A DNA stretch of 64,000 nucleotides from Octopus sinensis (Eukaryota), in assembly GCF_006345805.1 (NCBI RefSeq), contig NC_043011.1, positions 7,006,001 through 7,070,000 of the forward strand, in the 5' to 3' direction. The translations under genes were made by a program, and so were the position numbers. This document shows, one piece after another, positions 24,466 through 38,429 of the stretch (position 1 is the first letter of the stretch; every line of letters begins with the position of its first letter). The notes under the pieces were generated by a model, which was given only the letters and a program-made list of their open reading frames with translations, made no database searches and had not been told where the DNA came from.

Positions 24466-25038
24466 AATATATATACACACACACACACACACATACAGAG
24501 ATACATGTATATACACACATGCACAAACACAGTGAGCTTCTTTTAGTTTTCGTTTTCCAAATCTACTCGCAGAACTTTGGTCAGCCCGAGGCTATAGTAG
24601 AAGACACTTGCCCAAGATGCAATACAGTGGAATTGAACTTAGAACCATGTGGTCGAGAACGAACCTTCCTTCCACATAGCCACACCTATACCTCTGTGTG
24701 TGTGTGTGTGTGTGTGCGCGCTTGTTTCAAGCCAATACTTGAGCAGGCTACTTTCCGATCTTCCCATCTATTCCAGCCATATTCGTTATCCTTGCTTCAA
24801 CGTACTTTGATACTTCTTGGAATAATTGTTATAATTCGCATTTTATAATTCCAAATATCTTATGTGTATCGGGGTGGGGGAATGAGTGAGAGAGAGAGAG
24901 AGAGAGAGAGTGACTGATATTCAAGATTTAAGAGAGAGGGGGGGAAGAAGAGGAGGAGGAGGTGGGGGTATGTATCTGTGGCTTTGACTTGATAAATCTA
25001 CCTTGGAGATATTCGTTTGTTTTCCATTCTTCTTCCAG

Positions 25039-25111
25039 CTCTGTTCATGTAGTACAGCATTTTCTTTGAGAAAATGCGTGCAATTACTCCAACAAAATAT
25101 TATTGTGAATG
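25039..25111 (+). other. Weak candidate exon
   Basis: Polypyrimidine TTTCCATTCTTCTTCCAG acceptor and ATG|GTGACT donor in non-repetitive DNA downstream of GA-rich tracts. Confidence 0.2.
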
Positions 25112-25292
25112 GTGACTCTTTTTCATTTGATTTTGTTTTTCTTTTTAGCTTTTTTTCTTTCTTTTGTGTTTGTCTTTTGTATGCTATTTATCATCATCAT
25201 CATCTAATATCGTATTACACAGGGTTGTTAAAAACTTTTCAATCACATTCAGCGAAGAATATATTTTATTACATTATTTTATAACTGGAAAT

Positions 25293-25560
25293 TATGTGTG
25301 TGTGTGTATATATGAGTATGTATGTATGTGTGTGTATATATATACATACACACACACGCATGCCTATGTGTGTGTGTATATATATACACACACAAACACA
25401 CACGCCTATGTGTATGTATATATATATATATATACACACACACACAAACACACGCCTATGTGTATGTATGTATATATATATACACACACACACACCTATG
25501 TATATATATATAGATATACATACACACACACACACACAGACGTGTACACACATATATATG

Positions 25561-25601
<41 letters not shown>
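25293..25601. repeat. Compound (TA)/(CA)/(TG) microsatellite with ACACGCCTATG higher-order unit
   Basis: Directly visible. Confidence 0.95.
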
Positions 25602-26095
25602 CCTTCTGTGTGGAATAGGTGGCAAGTGTTAAGAAAAAAGAATTCTCCTCATACTTATTATTGTTATTAATATAATCATCATCATCCTCTTCCTCCTCCT
25701 CCTCACTTTTGAAGCTGAGAAAATTTGTGAACTGCCTAACGTAACCGCATTGTATTATTTGTATTATTGTAAGACAATTGTGTCCTTAGTCTTTTTCATT
25801 TGTTTGTTCACCGAATGTCTGTTTTTCCAGGCTAACATGGGTTGGACAGGGAGTTATTTGAGACAGGATTTTATGGCTGGTTGCTCTTCCTGTTGCCAAA
25901 TTTTCCTCTTTTTTTTTCTTTTTCTTTTTTTCCTTTTTTTTTTTCCTGTTTTTTTTTTTTTGCCATGTAAGAGAGTTTTAGATATTTCACAGGTCTTTGA
26001 AAGTGCAGAGCAGCTGGTTATAATATCAACAAGGAATATCAACACCGGCACCTTTTGTGCTCACATAGTGACAAGCAAAATATAGATATAAATAA

Positions 26096-26497
26096 GGCAC
26101 AGGAGTGGCTGTGTGGTAAGTAGCTTGCTAACCAACCACATGGTTCCGGGTTCAGTCCCACTGCGTGGCATCTTGGGCAAGTGTCTTCTGCTATAGCCCC
26201 GGGCCGACCAATGCCTTTTGAGTGGATTTGGTAGACAGAAACTGAAAGAAGCCTGTCGTATATATGTATATATATATATATGTATGTATGTGTTTGTGTG
26301 TCTGTGTTTGTCCCCCTAGCATTGCTTGACAACCGATGCTGGTGTGTTTATTTCCTCATTACTTAGCGGTTCAGCAAAAGAGACCAATAGAATAAGTACT
26401 GGGCTTACAAAGAATAAGTCTCGGGGTTGATTTGCTCGACTAAAGGCGGTGCTCCAGCATGGCCGCAGTCAAATGATTGAAACCAGTAAAAGAGTAA
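26096..26497 (+). mobile_element. SINE family A, full length
   Basis: Near-identical to 15008-15390. Confidence 0.9.
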
Positions 26498-26502
26498 ACA
26501 AA

Positions 26503-27650
26503 TGTAAGGCAAAGTCGACCTCGGTGGAATTTTGGACTCAGCGTAAAGATGGACAAAATGCCACTAAGCATTTTGTATGGTATGCTAAAAATTCTGCTAG
26601 CTCTCTGCCCTTTTCCTTTTAGGCACAAAGCCTGAAATTTGGCTGGTAGTTGGCTGATCGGTTACATCAACTCTTGTGCTCAAATGGTACTTATTTTGTC
26701 AGTGCAGAAAGAATGAAAGGTAAAGTCGACCTTGGTGGCATTTGAACTCAGAACTTAAAGCCAGAAGAAATGTCACTAACCCTGGTGTGGTAACAATTCT
26801 TCCAGCTCACCACTTATGTTGTAATAAAGATTATAAATCCTTTCTACCATAGGCACTTGCCTGAAATTTTGGGATGAGGGGTCTAGTTGATTACATCAAC
26901 CTTAGTAGCCAACTGGTACTTATTTAATTGATCCTGAAAAGAGGAAAAGGTTTAGCTGACCTCAGCTGAATTTGAACTCAAAACATAAAGATGAATGAAA
27001 TGCTTGCTAACCATTTGGCCTAACATGCTAACACTTCTATAATAGTTTCTGATTTAGGAACAGACAAATAATTTTGAGGGAAGGGGCCTCTTGATACTAA
27101 AGTACTACTTGACTGGTACTTTGTTATTCTGAGGGGATAAAAGGCATAGATGAATTTGGTGGGATTTGAAACCAGAATGCAAAGGCACATGAATTCCATA
27201 TGACACTGTGCCTCACATCGTAATGATTCTACCTGCTTGCAACCATTAAAGGTTTCTGATTTGGGCACAAGGCCAGCAATTTGAGGCAAAGAAGCTTAGT
27301 CAATTTAGTCAGCTCCAGAACTTGTACTTTATTTTATTGGCCCTGAAAGGAAGAAAGACAAAGCTAACTTTGGCTGGATTTGAACTCAGAACATTGAGCC
27401 AGAAGAAATACTGCAAAGCATTTTTTGATGCTCTAACAATTCTGCCAGATTCCAGCCCTTGCCTTCACAACAATAACAACAATTCTTTCTAATTTTAGTA
27501 CAAGGGCAGCAGTATTGAGTGAAGATGCCCAATCAATTACATCGACCCCAGTGCTCAGCTGGTACTTTATTTTATTGACCTTGGAGAGAAGAATGCTAAA
27601 GTTGATCTTTACAAGATTTGAACTTAGAATGTAAAGAGCCAGGCAATTTT
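26503..27650 (-). mobile_element. Head-to-tail array of about 6 diverged family D (Nin-domain) SINE units
   Basis: Recurring TGGTACTT..GAAAGG.AAAGT.GACC..GAATTTGAACTCAG at ~210-240 bp spacing. Confidence 0.75.
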
Positions 27651-27678
27651 CCCGAATCTGCACAGCAACTACCTTAAT

Positions 27679-28050
27679 AGTGGCTGTGTGGTAAGTAGCT
27701 TGCTTACCAACCATATGGTTCCAGGTTCATTCCCACTGCGTGGCACCTTGGGCAAGTGTCTTCTACTATAGCCTCGGGCCAACCAAAGCCTTGTGAGTGG
27801 ATTTGGTAGACGGAAACTGAAAGAAGCCCGTCGTATATATGTATATATATATGTATGTGTGTGTATATGTTTGTGTCTCTGTCTTTGTCCCCCCCCTCCC
27901 CGACATCGCTTGACAACTGATGCTGGTGTGTGGTTCGGCAAAAGAGACCGATAGAATAAGCCTTAGTCCTGGGATCAATTTGCTCGACTAAAGGCAGTGT
28001 TCCAGCATGGCCGCAGTCAAATGACTGAAACAAGTAAAAGAGTAAAAAAA
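27679..28050 (+). mobile_element. SINE family A
   Basis: Homology to the other copies. Confidence 0.9.
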
Positions 28051-28369
28051 AAAGAGAGTATAATAATAATAATAATAAATTCTAATAGGAAGCTGGTCAC
28101 CATAAATTGATTTCCAATAGTTTTATGCATTTTCCAATGATTGCAAAGATGGAATGGTTTCTGTTTATTGGAGCAATTGTTTGGATTATCTCATGTAACT
28201 GGTTAAATAATTTCAAAACAGTCCCTAGTCACTGCCCCACCCTCAACACAGCCACTAACTGGGCCAGTTATCATTAAATATGTTTAGCTATAACACTTGA
28301 TCCTTGATCACAGTATCAACCAGACCATCAGATGCTGTTCTACACCACTGGTCACAATGCGCTTCCAAT

Positions 28370-28540
28370 TCTGTCTTGATTTTGCCATTCTTTTCCATCT
28401 CAACCCAAATTGCTTGACTAAATTGTCTTCCCATCATTGTGGAGGCCTTCCAAATGCCTTTTCTGATCTCTTGGATACCATTCGGCAACTTGCACAGGTC
28501 TACCTGCTGTCTGTGAACTTTGCAACATGTAAAAATGTGA
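28370..28540 (-). pseudogene. Old RTE ORF C-terminal fragment
   Basis: Minus frame VAEWYPRDQKR..GRPPQ*WED, resembling RTE C-termini. Confidence 0.5.
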
Positions 28541-28699
28541 TGATGATAATAATAATAATGTTTCTTAACCACTAAGGATCTACAAAAAACATTAGGGGTG
28601 CTACAGGAAAGTAAAATAACCAAAACAAAGAAGCAGTGAATTCACCAAAAGTAAAGGTAGATCTCTGAGGTCTATTTGTGGAAACACCACAAAAACAGT

Positions 28700-29450
28700 C
28701 ACCCCAACCTCTAGGACAAGTTCTTTCACCCTGTTTTCCTCCTTCAATCTAGACGTGCATTTTAGGAGCAGGCTTGTTCACTTGGACCATCCTTGCCATT
28801 CTCGTCTACCTTTCAACAAACTTGTTGGGCGATATTTTCCTTTCCACCCTCACTTTCTTTTTCAAATAAAACATGAAAAGTAATAATGATGAGGGCTTGA
28901 TAAAAGAGGAAGGTATTGTCCACCATATAATCTCTTTTGGCAAAGCCACCAGACATATGATACTGCCTGCACCTCCACCTAAAGGAAGGCACAATGGATT
29001 CGGTTAACAACTGAATCTGTCCTACATGATGTAGCAGCTGCTGTTTGTCATAAACCCACAAGTCTGCAATACGTGAGCATTACATGCAGAATAGTTTTAT
29101 CACACTGTATGCATATCAGACAGGCCTAACTAGTAGCCCTTCCAGGCCAGAGATTTCTGGAATTTATCCATGGGGCCTTGGTATGAAAATCTTGGATAAC
29201 ACAATGTGGTTTGTCCATATCTACCTTGGTATATTTGGGGAATCTAGTTAGTACTTGTCAAACCTGTCAGAGTTGGAACTTTCTGAGAGGGTTTGCAAGA
29301 CTTTTGCACCCCTTCTATCAGCCAGCCCAACACTGCCACTAACTGGGATGGAGGCAGTTTTCATAAAATATTTGTAGCTATTATACTTCTGTTTTGTAGG
29401 TAAGGTTGCGTGTAAATGATGTAACGGCACCTTGTGAACATTTGGTAATT
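28700..29450 (-). pseudogene. Degraded L1/Tx1-like LINE ORF2 C-terminal region
   Basis: Minus frames IADLWVYDKQQLLHHVGQIQLLTESIV and ICLVALPKEIIWWT resemble post-zinc-knuckle Tx1 sequence; many stops and frameshifts. Confidence 0.4.
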
Positions 29451-29960
29451 TATTTCAGCACTCAAGTAATTTTCAGGTTTGTCATGAATTGCAAAGTTTT
29501 CACAAGACAACACAAGTGAAAGAATAATTCTGTAGCCTTCATAAATAGTTGATTACAACGTAGTTTCATGGGCCCCTAACAGAAATCTGACTCAATCAGA
29601 TTCAGATTGCCCAAATGATTTGAACCTGAACAAACCAGATGTGTTAGAGGCCTGTGAAACTTTAAGTCACATGGGGCCGAATCAAGCTATTTTAGGCATG
29701 GCTGTGTGGTAAGAAACTTGCTTCCCAACCACATGGTTCTGGGTTCCGTCCCACTGCATGGCACCTTCGGCAAGTGTCTTCTATAACCTCAGGCCGACCA
29801 AAGCCTTGTGAGTGGACTTGGTGGACAGAAACTGAAAGAAGCTCATCGTGTATGTATATATATATATATATATATGTAGGTCCCGGGTTGAGTCGGGGTT
29901 AACCACAGTAAATAAGGTACTCAATACATAGCAGAGTAAATTAATTTATTTTATAGAAGG

Positions 29961-30011
29961 AGCTTCTACAGGACTAGAACTGTTTCATTCAAAAGAAATC
30001 ATCAGGAAGCT
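29961..30011 (-). ncRNA. Type I hammerhead ribozyme (best-formed copy), within insert 29876-30120
   Basis: Minus strand AGCTTC-CTGATGA-T-TTC-tttt-GAA-T-GAAA-CAG-ttctagtc-CTG-TA-GAAGCT: 6-bp stem I, canonical core, 4-bp stem III, GUA site. Confidence 0.8.
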
Positions 30012-30120
30012 AGGTGACAAGAATAATTTTGGCATTTATACACTTAGGCAGGTTTAAAGGGGTGGTGGTGGGGGACTTTTTGGGTAGGCATGGCGCAACC
30101 TATCATTCTTAGGGGAGTGG

Positions 30121-30465
30121 TATATGTATATACATGTATATATATATGTATATGTATGTATATGTATGTATATATATGTATATGTATGTATATATATATA
30201 TGTATATATATGTATATATGTATATGTATATACATGTATATACATGTATATGTATATACATGTATATATATGTATATACATATATATACATGTATATGTA
30301 TATACATGTATATATATATGTATATACATGTATATACATGTATATTTATATGTATATACATGTATATGTATATACATGTATATGTATATACATGTATATG
30401 TATATGTATATGTATATACATGTATATATATATATGTATATACATGTATATATATATGTATATGT
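30121..30465. repeat. (TATATG/TACATG)n microsatellite
   Basis: Directly visible. Confidence 0.97.
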
Positions 30466-30601
30466 TTGTGTGTCTATGTTTGTCCTCCATCACCTCTATA
30501 ACTTAGTGGTTCGGCCAAAGAGACTAAAGGTGGTGCTCCAGCATGGCTACAGTCAAATGACTGAAACAAGTAAAAGAAATGTATGTGAGTATGTATATAT
30601 A

Positions 30602-31825
30602 CTAGCTGAATGACCTAGTAATACCCGGAAAGTGGGGGTTTATTCCTATTACACTGTTTCATGTCCTATCTCATTTCCCATTCAGTTCCTATTTTAGTTC
30701 TGCTCCCTTTCCTATCCCCAATCCTAAGTCAGTATATAAAGTTTAGAATCAGTTAAGTGTTAGTAAATGTTTTATTAACCTTTATGGTAATAGTTTATTG
30801 CTAAAAATTAGGTATTACAAACTATTAATACAATTAGTGGGTGAATAAAGAATGTCCCTAAATTATTTTAACAAATGAATATGCCTCTGAGTAAAATAGA
30901 TGAGTTGACCAGCAATACTGGTAAAGCAGGGGTTATTCCCAGTTCCCATTTACCATTACACTGCTCCATGCCCTATCTTGTTTCCTGTTCAGCTCCTGTC
31001 TTGATGCCCAACCCATCATCATCATCGTTTAACGTCTGCTTTCCATGCTAGCATGGGTTGGACGGTTCAACTGGGGTCTGGGAAGCCCAAAGGCTGCACC
31101 AGGCCAGTCAGATCTGGCAGTGTTTCCACAGCTGGATGCCCTTCCTAACGCCAACCACTCTGTGAGTGTAGTGGGTGCTTTTTATGTGCCACCGACACAG
31201 GTGCCAGACGAGGCTGGCAAAAATAATACTGCCCTGGGTGAGGCATTTATGGTAATAGTTTATTGCTAAAAATAGATATTACAAACTATTAATTCGATTT
31301 GTGGGTGAATAAGGAATGTCCAAATATTTTAACAAACGAATATGCATCTGAGTAAAATAAATTAGGTAGATTTACAAATACATTGACAAATAGCCTGCGT
31401 ATTGTAGCTGGCGTTGTCGCATGTCATAGCATGGCTGTATCTTGCGTTGTGCAATAAAACTTAAGATGTTATGGTGATTTGGATCTAATTCATCAAATTA
31501 ATTTTATGGAGAACCACCTTCCAGGTCATTGGTCATTACATTATTCCATGTCCTATCCATGAGTCCTGCAGTTGACCATGTCCTTAATGTGACCTGAGCG
31601 TGACGTACAAGTGTTGCATGCAGAATTGTTTTCGATTTGGAAAGCTAAGTTGTTCTCACGAAGGTCACATGCTGTTTACATGAAGGAGTGCATGGTTGAG
31701 CCTTACAGAGGCCTTACTTAATTCATATCAGTAAATGGGTTAATGATTTGTAAACCAGTGCTACAGCCCCCGCTAGGGGGCCCCATTACAGATTTATGCA
31801 AAGTTTCATCAGAATTCTCTGGTGT
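30602..31825 (-). mobile_element. Degraded Helitron with internal ~300-bp duplication and an RTE 3' fragment insert (31014-31220)
   Basis: A|CTAGCTGAATGACCTAGTAATACCCGG is a Helitron 3' end on the - strand; 30781-30898 is repeated at 31247-31358. Confidence 0.55.
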
Positions 31826-31826
31826 A

Positions 31827-32144
31827 GGCATCTTGGGCAAGTGTCTTCTGCTATAGCCCCGGGCCTACCAATGCCTTGTGAGTGGATTTGGTAAACGGAA
31901 ACTGAAAGAAGCCTGTCGTATATATGTATGTGTGTGTGTTTGTGTGTCTGTGTTTGTTCCCCTAGCATTGCTTGACAACCGATGCTGGTGTGTTTATGTC
32001 CCCGTCACTTAGCGGTTCGGCAAAAAGAGACCGATAGAATAAGTACTGGGTTTACAAAAGAATAAGTCCCGGGGTCGAGTTGCTCGATTGAAGGCAGTGC
32101 TCGAGCATGGCCGCAGTCAAATGACTGAAACAAGTAAAAGAGTA
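31827..32144 (+). mobile_element. SINE family A, 5' truncated
   Basis: Homology to the other copies. Confidence 0.85.
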
Positions 32145-32735
32145 ATAGGTATGTGTGTGTGTGCGTTGCACACATAATCACTGTTGTCACCTAAATTATC
32201 ATCTTGCCTCTTTCTCTATGAAGAAGCCTCTAAGCCAGCATCTGAGCTGCTAGAAGAAGCAACCAAGTCTGCTTTGGAGGAGGAAGCCACTACTTCTCTT
32301 TTGTGATAGACAGGAGATGACCGAGGAGGGCATGTTGTATAGCATAGCTCTTCTCAATCAGGTCTGGCCTAGTGTTAAACAACAATCGCCACCACCAGCA
32401 TGGTTGGTCATTATAAAACCAATCGTTGACCAGCCAGGATACAATGATGACTTTATAGTGAAGACAGGCCCTGATATTGACTCCATCAATCAAGACGTAT
32501 AATTTATGCAACAAGATGGTGTGAGATCTGAAATGGTTTGTGCGATAGTTAATTGTGTGCTTCTTGTAATTTACGACCTCTACTAACTAAATTAAAACTA
32601 AATTAGTGTAGTCTTAATCAGAAAGCGTGATTTTTTTTTTTTTTTTTTTTTGCTTTAATGAATCTGTGAAAAAAAATAGATGCTTTTTAATTGCTTAAAT
32701 TTCTAGCCTAGCTGAAGAAGTTAATTAAAAGACAG

Positions 32736-32963
32736 ATGGAATTTGTAGCTTGGAAAATTTCATATTTACTCTAAAATTATTATTATTATCATCATCATTA
32801 TTATCATTATTATTATGATTATTATCATTATCATTATTATCATTATTATTATCATCATCATTATTATCATCATCATTATTATTATCATTATCATTATTAT
32901 CATTATCATTATTATCATTATCATCATTATATTATCATCATCATTATTATCATTATTATTATT
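32736..32963. repeat. (ATT/ATC)n trinucleotide repeat
   Basis: Directly visible. Confidence 0.97.
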
Positions 32964-33199
32964 GATGGCATAAGTACCAGTTGAGCACTGAGATTGATGT
33001 AACTAGCCCCCCCCCCCTCACTCAAAATTTCAGGCCTTGTGGCTACAGTAGAGACGGTTATTATTTTTATTATTACCATCCTGTTTAATTATTGTTGGCT
33101 CCTGCTGAAACAGGCTGTAACGAGCTGGATAAGATGCTTTATTTTAGTACCACATAGTTTTGAGTTCAAACCTCACCCATACTTCACAAAACATCTACA

Positions 33200-33534
33200 G
33201 GCATGGCTGTGTGGTAAGAAGCTTTCTTCCCTACCACATGGTTCCAGTTTCAGTCCCACTGTGTGGCATCTTCGGCAAATCTTTTCTACTGTATCCTCGG
33301 GCTGACTAAAGCCTTGGGAGTGAATTTGGTAGAAATGCATTACACACACACACACACACACTCTTCTGTGTCCCCTGCCACCACTTGACAAGTGGTGTTG
33401 GTGTGTTTGTCCCCGTAACTTAGTGGTTCAGTAAAAGAGACTGATAGAACAAGTACTAGGGTCAATTTGTTCAACTAAAATTCTTCAAAGTGGTGCCCCA
33501 GTATGGCAATAGTCTAACAACTGAAACAAGAGAT
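33200..33534 (+). mobile_element. SINE family A, older copy
   Basis: Diverged homology to the other copies. Confidence 0.75.
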
Positions 33535-34988
33535 ACTAAACCCATCAGTGTTCAACAAATTTCTACCCATTTTTTAAAGGGCCATTTGAACCCTTTCTCC
33601 CTCCCCAAACCAAACCTGGTTCTTCAGATAAGATAACGAACAGGAAGTGCTTACATCTATAATTTGTGCGATTTTTAAAATATTTTTATGAATGATTATA
33701 AAATTGAGGTTGTGTGTGTGTGTGTGTGTGTGTGTGCTGCTCTGTATCTCTGAAGAATCTGACAGTAAATGTTAATAATTTGTGTGACATTGATGAGTAA
33801 TTTGTTAACGAAAGGGGTTCATTAACAGAAAAGCTGTTCTATTATTTGTGACACTTTGTATTTGAAACTGAAAGCTAATTCAACGTGAACTTGGAGGTCG
33901 AATGTTGCCAAGGTTTGAATAAAATATTAAAAGAGACTAAAAGTATCTCTGTTTCTAAACTGCCAGGGCATCGAAACCCATAAACAAAGGATGTTTGGAA
34001 CGGTGAAGAGGAATTGTGATGAATAAACGGTTATTGATGATATTTAGTTCATAATTGATATTGTTTGGCAATATTTGCCGTATTGGCAGCAGATATATTG
34101 GCGACAGCGGTGGGAGGGGGGAATACTTTTGGCAGCATTTCTTCTGGATATCTTACATTCCGAGATCAAATTTGACTTTGGTCAACTTGCATTTTATCAG
34201 GGTCAGTAAAATAAGCATTAGTTGAGTGCTGGGAGAAAGGGGGGTGGTCAATGTAATCAAGCCTTTTTCCCCTTGGAATAAATGGCCTTATGCCAGGTAG
34301 ATTTAATCTCTTGTATTTCATGATTAAGGTTGCAGATTTGCAAATGCTCTTAAAATGCCCTTGCCATCTGTGCTCTTCGTTCAAATCCCTTTTAAAGGTT
34401 GATAACATAAAGTATCAATCCAGGGATTGGCAGAACTGTTAGAGGGTTTAATTTAGATACCTTGTAATGTTTGTCCATTGTCTTTGCATACAGTGACACT
34501 GGTGCCATGCTTTTTATTATTCCAATTTGCCAGCCTTTCCCTGGATTAAACTGTAGTTGTGTAGTGGACAGACTTGCATCCATAGGTAACTGCTTGACTT
34601 TCTCAACAGAAAAGAAAACATTTTACCCAAACCTGCATTTGTGGAGGCATGGTCAACCTTGACCACCACTATCCCTGTATTTCAATATGTATAAGAACAA
34701 CTAGTTTGGTATTATTGTTAACCCATTGCTCAGCATTTCTTTGACAGTCAGAAAAACTTTGTCTCGGATTTCCCCTTATGTTTTGGTGGTCTTTTAACTC
34801 TGTACGGCCCTTGATATGTGTGTAGGGCTCTCTAATATGGTCCTACTTTGGTCTTCTTTGGTCACTTTTGAGTGAATGTCTAATGTCAGGGACGAGTTTG
34901 AGCGTTTTGCGTGAATGTTGTTGAGAACTGGGGCAGTATATCATCTCTATAACAATATGTGATTATAATCAATATAAAGTTAGCCATT

Positions 34989-35392
34989 TGGCTGTGTGGT
35001 AAGTAGCTTGCTAACCAACCACATGGTTCCGGGTTCAGTCCCACTGCTTGGCATCTTGGGCAAGTGTCTTCTGCTATAGCCTTGGGCCGACCAATGCCTT
35101 GTGAGTGGATTTGGTAGACGGAAACTGAAAGAAGCCTATCGTATATATGTATATATATATGTATGTATGTGTGTGTATATGTTCGTGTGTCTGTGTTTGT
35201 CCCCCTAGCATTGCTTGACAACCGATGCTGGTGTGTTTACGTCCCCGTCACTTAGCAGTTTGGCAAAAGAGACCGATAGAATAAGTACTGGGCTTACAAA
35301 GAATAAGTCCCGGGGTCAATTTGCTCGACTAAAGGTGGTGCTCCAGCATGGCCGCAGTCAAATGACTGAAACAAGTAAAAGAGTAAAGAGTA
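34989..35392 (+). mobile_element. SINE family A
   Basis: Homology to the other copies. Confidence 0.9.
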
Positions 35393-37794
35393 AGGACAAG
35401 TGATGGAAAAGTAGTGATTGAAATAATGAGGAAGATTATGATCTTGGAATCAGATTATAAGTATATTCATGGCAACACACAATGGTGCCAAAATCAGATT
35501 ATTAGAAGTAATAAAAAATACACCTCTTCCCAATGGGTTGGTGTTTAAAAGTTCTAAACTTTATACAATGGTTAATTATAATGGTGAGATATGTCCATGG
35601 GTAATTGATGTAAAGTGATTTCTTTACAAGAATTTGAATTAGATTTCAGTTGATGAGAACCAAGAGTGAAACTCCAGGAGATTTTAATGTCAGCTGGAAT
35701 GACATACCATTTCATTCTGTCCAGATTATCTCCATTGCTTTCCATACCCTCATTATTTTTCATTTACAACCATGGATTATACTGGGGATTCTTCATTTCG
35801 TTATTTCATTATCCACACACACACACACACACACACACACATAATATTTGTCTTTTATTTATTTCAATATTTCGTTCTAATTGTCATCAGTGCCATTCTG
35901 ATGCAACATTTTATTCCTTTGGTGTTCTGGGATTGGATTCTGTATCCAGTTTACCATTTTAATTACTGCACACTCCTCTTCAATACTACTCTAGCACTTT
36001 CCAAAATCTGTTTCTCTCTCTCTCTCCATTTATTTCTTTATTTGTGCTTTGCAGTTCATTGCCCTATTAAAAGAGCTCTGCTCTTGTCAGAAATCAACTT
36101 TAAAAAAATCTAGTGTTACTTCCGTTGTTGTATATTTTTTGTTTGTTTTGTTGTTTTTTTTATGTACTAAAGATACATTATAGATACAGAAGATATTTAA
36201 TGAATCCATATTCAAAATCTGTTGTATATACATGTGTGTATTTATATGTATGTTATGGGTGTATTATCTATATTCTGCTAGCACAGAAAATGTTAAATGA
36301 TTGTATAATATAATACACCCACATTTTATTTCTTTTCATTTCATCATCATCATCATCATCATTTAACATGTTTTATGCTGGCTTAAGTTGGATAGTTTAA
36401 CTGGATGTGATGGATCCAAACACTGCATTGTGCTCCAGTGCCAACCACTTAACAGTGTGTACTAGGTGCTTTTTTTTTTGTGTGTGGCCCCCGCATAAGT
36501 GAGGTTACCATACAGTTCACAAAGCTAAAAACCCCTTCAATGGAGTTGGACTACAAGAGCAGAAGGTAGGTTTTGAGGGGTTAAAGCCAGGACTGAACAG
36601 GTTTCTTGTAAAAGAGCTACATGGTTATTGATATTGTGGAAGAGAAGGTGGGACTTGAGAGGTAAAATAGTGTTGAGGAGTGTCAGGGTAGATTCTCAAG
36701 ATGAGGTGAGGGGTAGGGAAAAGGTTAGAGGCTGCAAGGGTGTGTAGGGAGAGTGAGAGGGTTAGAGAGGGAAAATGAATGAGGATAAATGAAGAACAAG
36801 TGTTAAGCAGGTGACAGCTGTAGAAATTGGGTAGGGTCGAGGGATGGATATAGTGAATAGGGGAATTGGGTGAGTGACCAATGACACACATGAACTGGGG
36901 CGGGAAGGCAGAGGAGATGACTGACAGTGCAGACACACACACACACACACATTGCATTGTGCTTCCAGAATCTCATTTTGGTGAGGTAGTGGGGTCTTCT
37001 CAAGAACTGCGTATCACCAGTCATTCCATCCTTTTGTCATTTCTTGTGTGAGATTCAAATTCCTTAGATCACCCTTGACCATTTCATTCCATGTCTTCCT
37101 GGGTTGCCTTCTTCTGCAATTAAGTGATTGACACTTTTTTATGCAACTCTCTTCATCCATGGGCATTATATGTCCATATCAATGCAATCCTCTTCCTTAT
37201 ACCCATTTTTACTCTCAGTGCGTTTGTACTTTGTTGTTCATGCACTCTTAAATTACACATACAATGGAACTGGCAAACTCTATTTCTTTCTCAGTTTTCT
37301 CAAGTCCTATATATTCAAGGCCCATATCTCACTACCATATAGTCTGCCCTTCAGTCTGAGTATAAAGTTACTCACCTCATACACTGAAGTTCCTCATCAC
37401 TACGCTTGTCTCTGCCCTGCTCTGTTATGAACCCTCCCCTCTAAAATGTGAATAACCATGTGGCCCTCTCTCGATACACACACAGAGCAAGATTCCTGTT
37501 CTGCGCTAGCCCCTTCCCTCATACTCTAATCCCACATCTTCTGGCATAAAGTTGCCCTTTTCCTCGGGGTTAATGTCTTGCAAACTGCCAGCAGCAGAGG
37601 TAGCTCCTTAAGCATTCTCCATCCCATTCTTACCCTTGCTACTATACTTTGGGGGCAAACACCTACCCTATTAATTTCGTTTGCTAGGTAACTAAAGGTG
37701 CTATCTACTTCTAATGAGCCATCGGTTTCCAGTGTGCTCGTAGTACACTCTACTCCAGTTTATCCGTCACATACAAAACTTACATTCTCTAATA

Positions 37795-37973
37795 GTCTGT
37801 GTTACGTTGTGAGTTCAAATTCCGCCGAGGTCGACTTTGCCTTTCATCCTTTCGGGGTCGATAAATTAAGTACCAGTTACGCACTGGGGTCGATGTAATC
37901 GACTTAATACCTATGTCTGTCCTTGTTTGTCCCCTCTGTGTTTAAGCCCCTTGTGGGTAATAAAGAAATAGGT
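37795..37973 (+). mobile_element. Nin-domain SINE family D, young 5'-truncated copy
   Basis: CCGCCGAGGTCGACTTTGCCTTTCATCCTTTCGGGGTCGATAAATTAAGTACC. Confidence 0.85.
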
Positions 37974-38429
37974 TATAGAATTTATACTTTCTCCTTTCCT
38001 ATGTATTGCACAAGGCCATTTCTCTGTAGATACTAGAGTAACAAAAGAAAAGAGAGAGAGAGGTGGGGGATCCAGCACACTGTGATTTACAGATTGGGGC
38101 ACATTCATTAGTAATTGACTGCTAATCAGTTGAGTTACCTGGAGAAAGATCAGAATATTACCTTTCTTGGAAATCTCTGTTTGTGTGTCTACCCTTCTGT
38201 AGATATCATATGATGGTTGTAAACAAGAATCCCTGTAATACAAGTGGTGCTGTTTGTTTCCACTCTTCTATGGAAAAGAACATGCCTGACCATAAGGAAA
38301 TACTTAACCTGGAAATGGGCGAGGGTTGGTGACAGGAAGGGCATCCAGCCATAGAAATCCTTCTCCAACAAATTCCACTTGACCCATACAAGCATGGAAA
38401 AGGAGACATTAAATGGTGATGATTATATA

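Larger units (their letters stand above)
29694..30580 (+). mobile_element. SINE family A interrupted by a hammerhead module and an expanded microsatellite
   Basis: Head 29694-29850, tail 30465-30580. Confidence 0.8.

Noticed and set aside
32200-32530. Moderate-GC stretch with a 61-aa ORF
   Set aside because: No convincing splice sites or recognisable domain; probably a decayed repeat.
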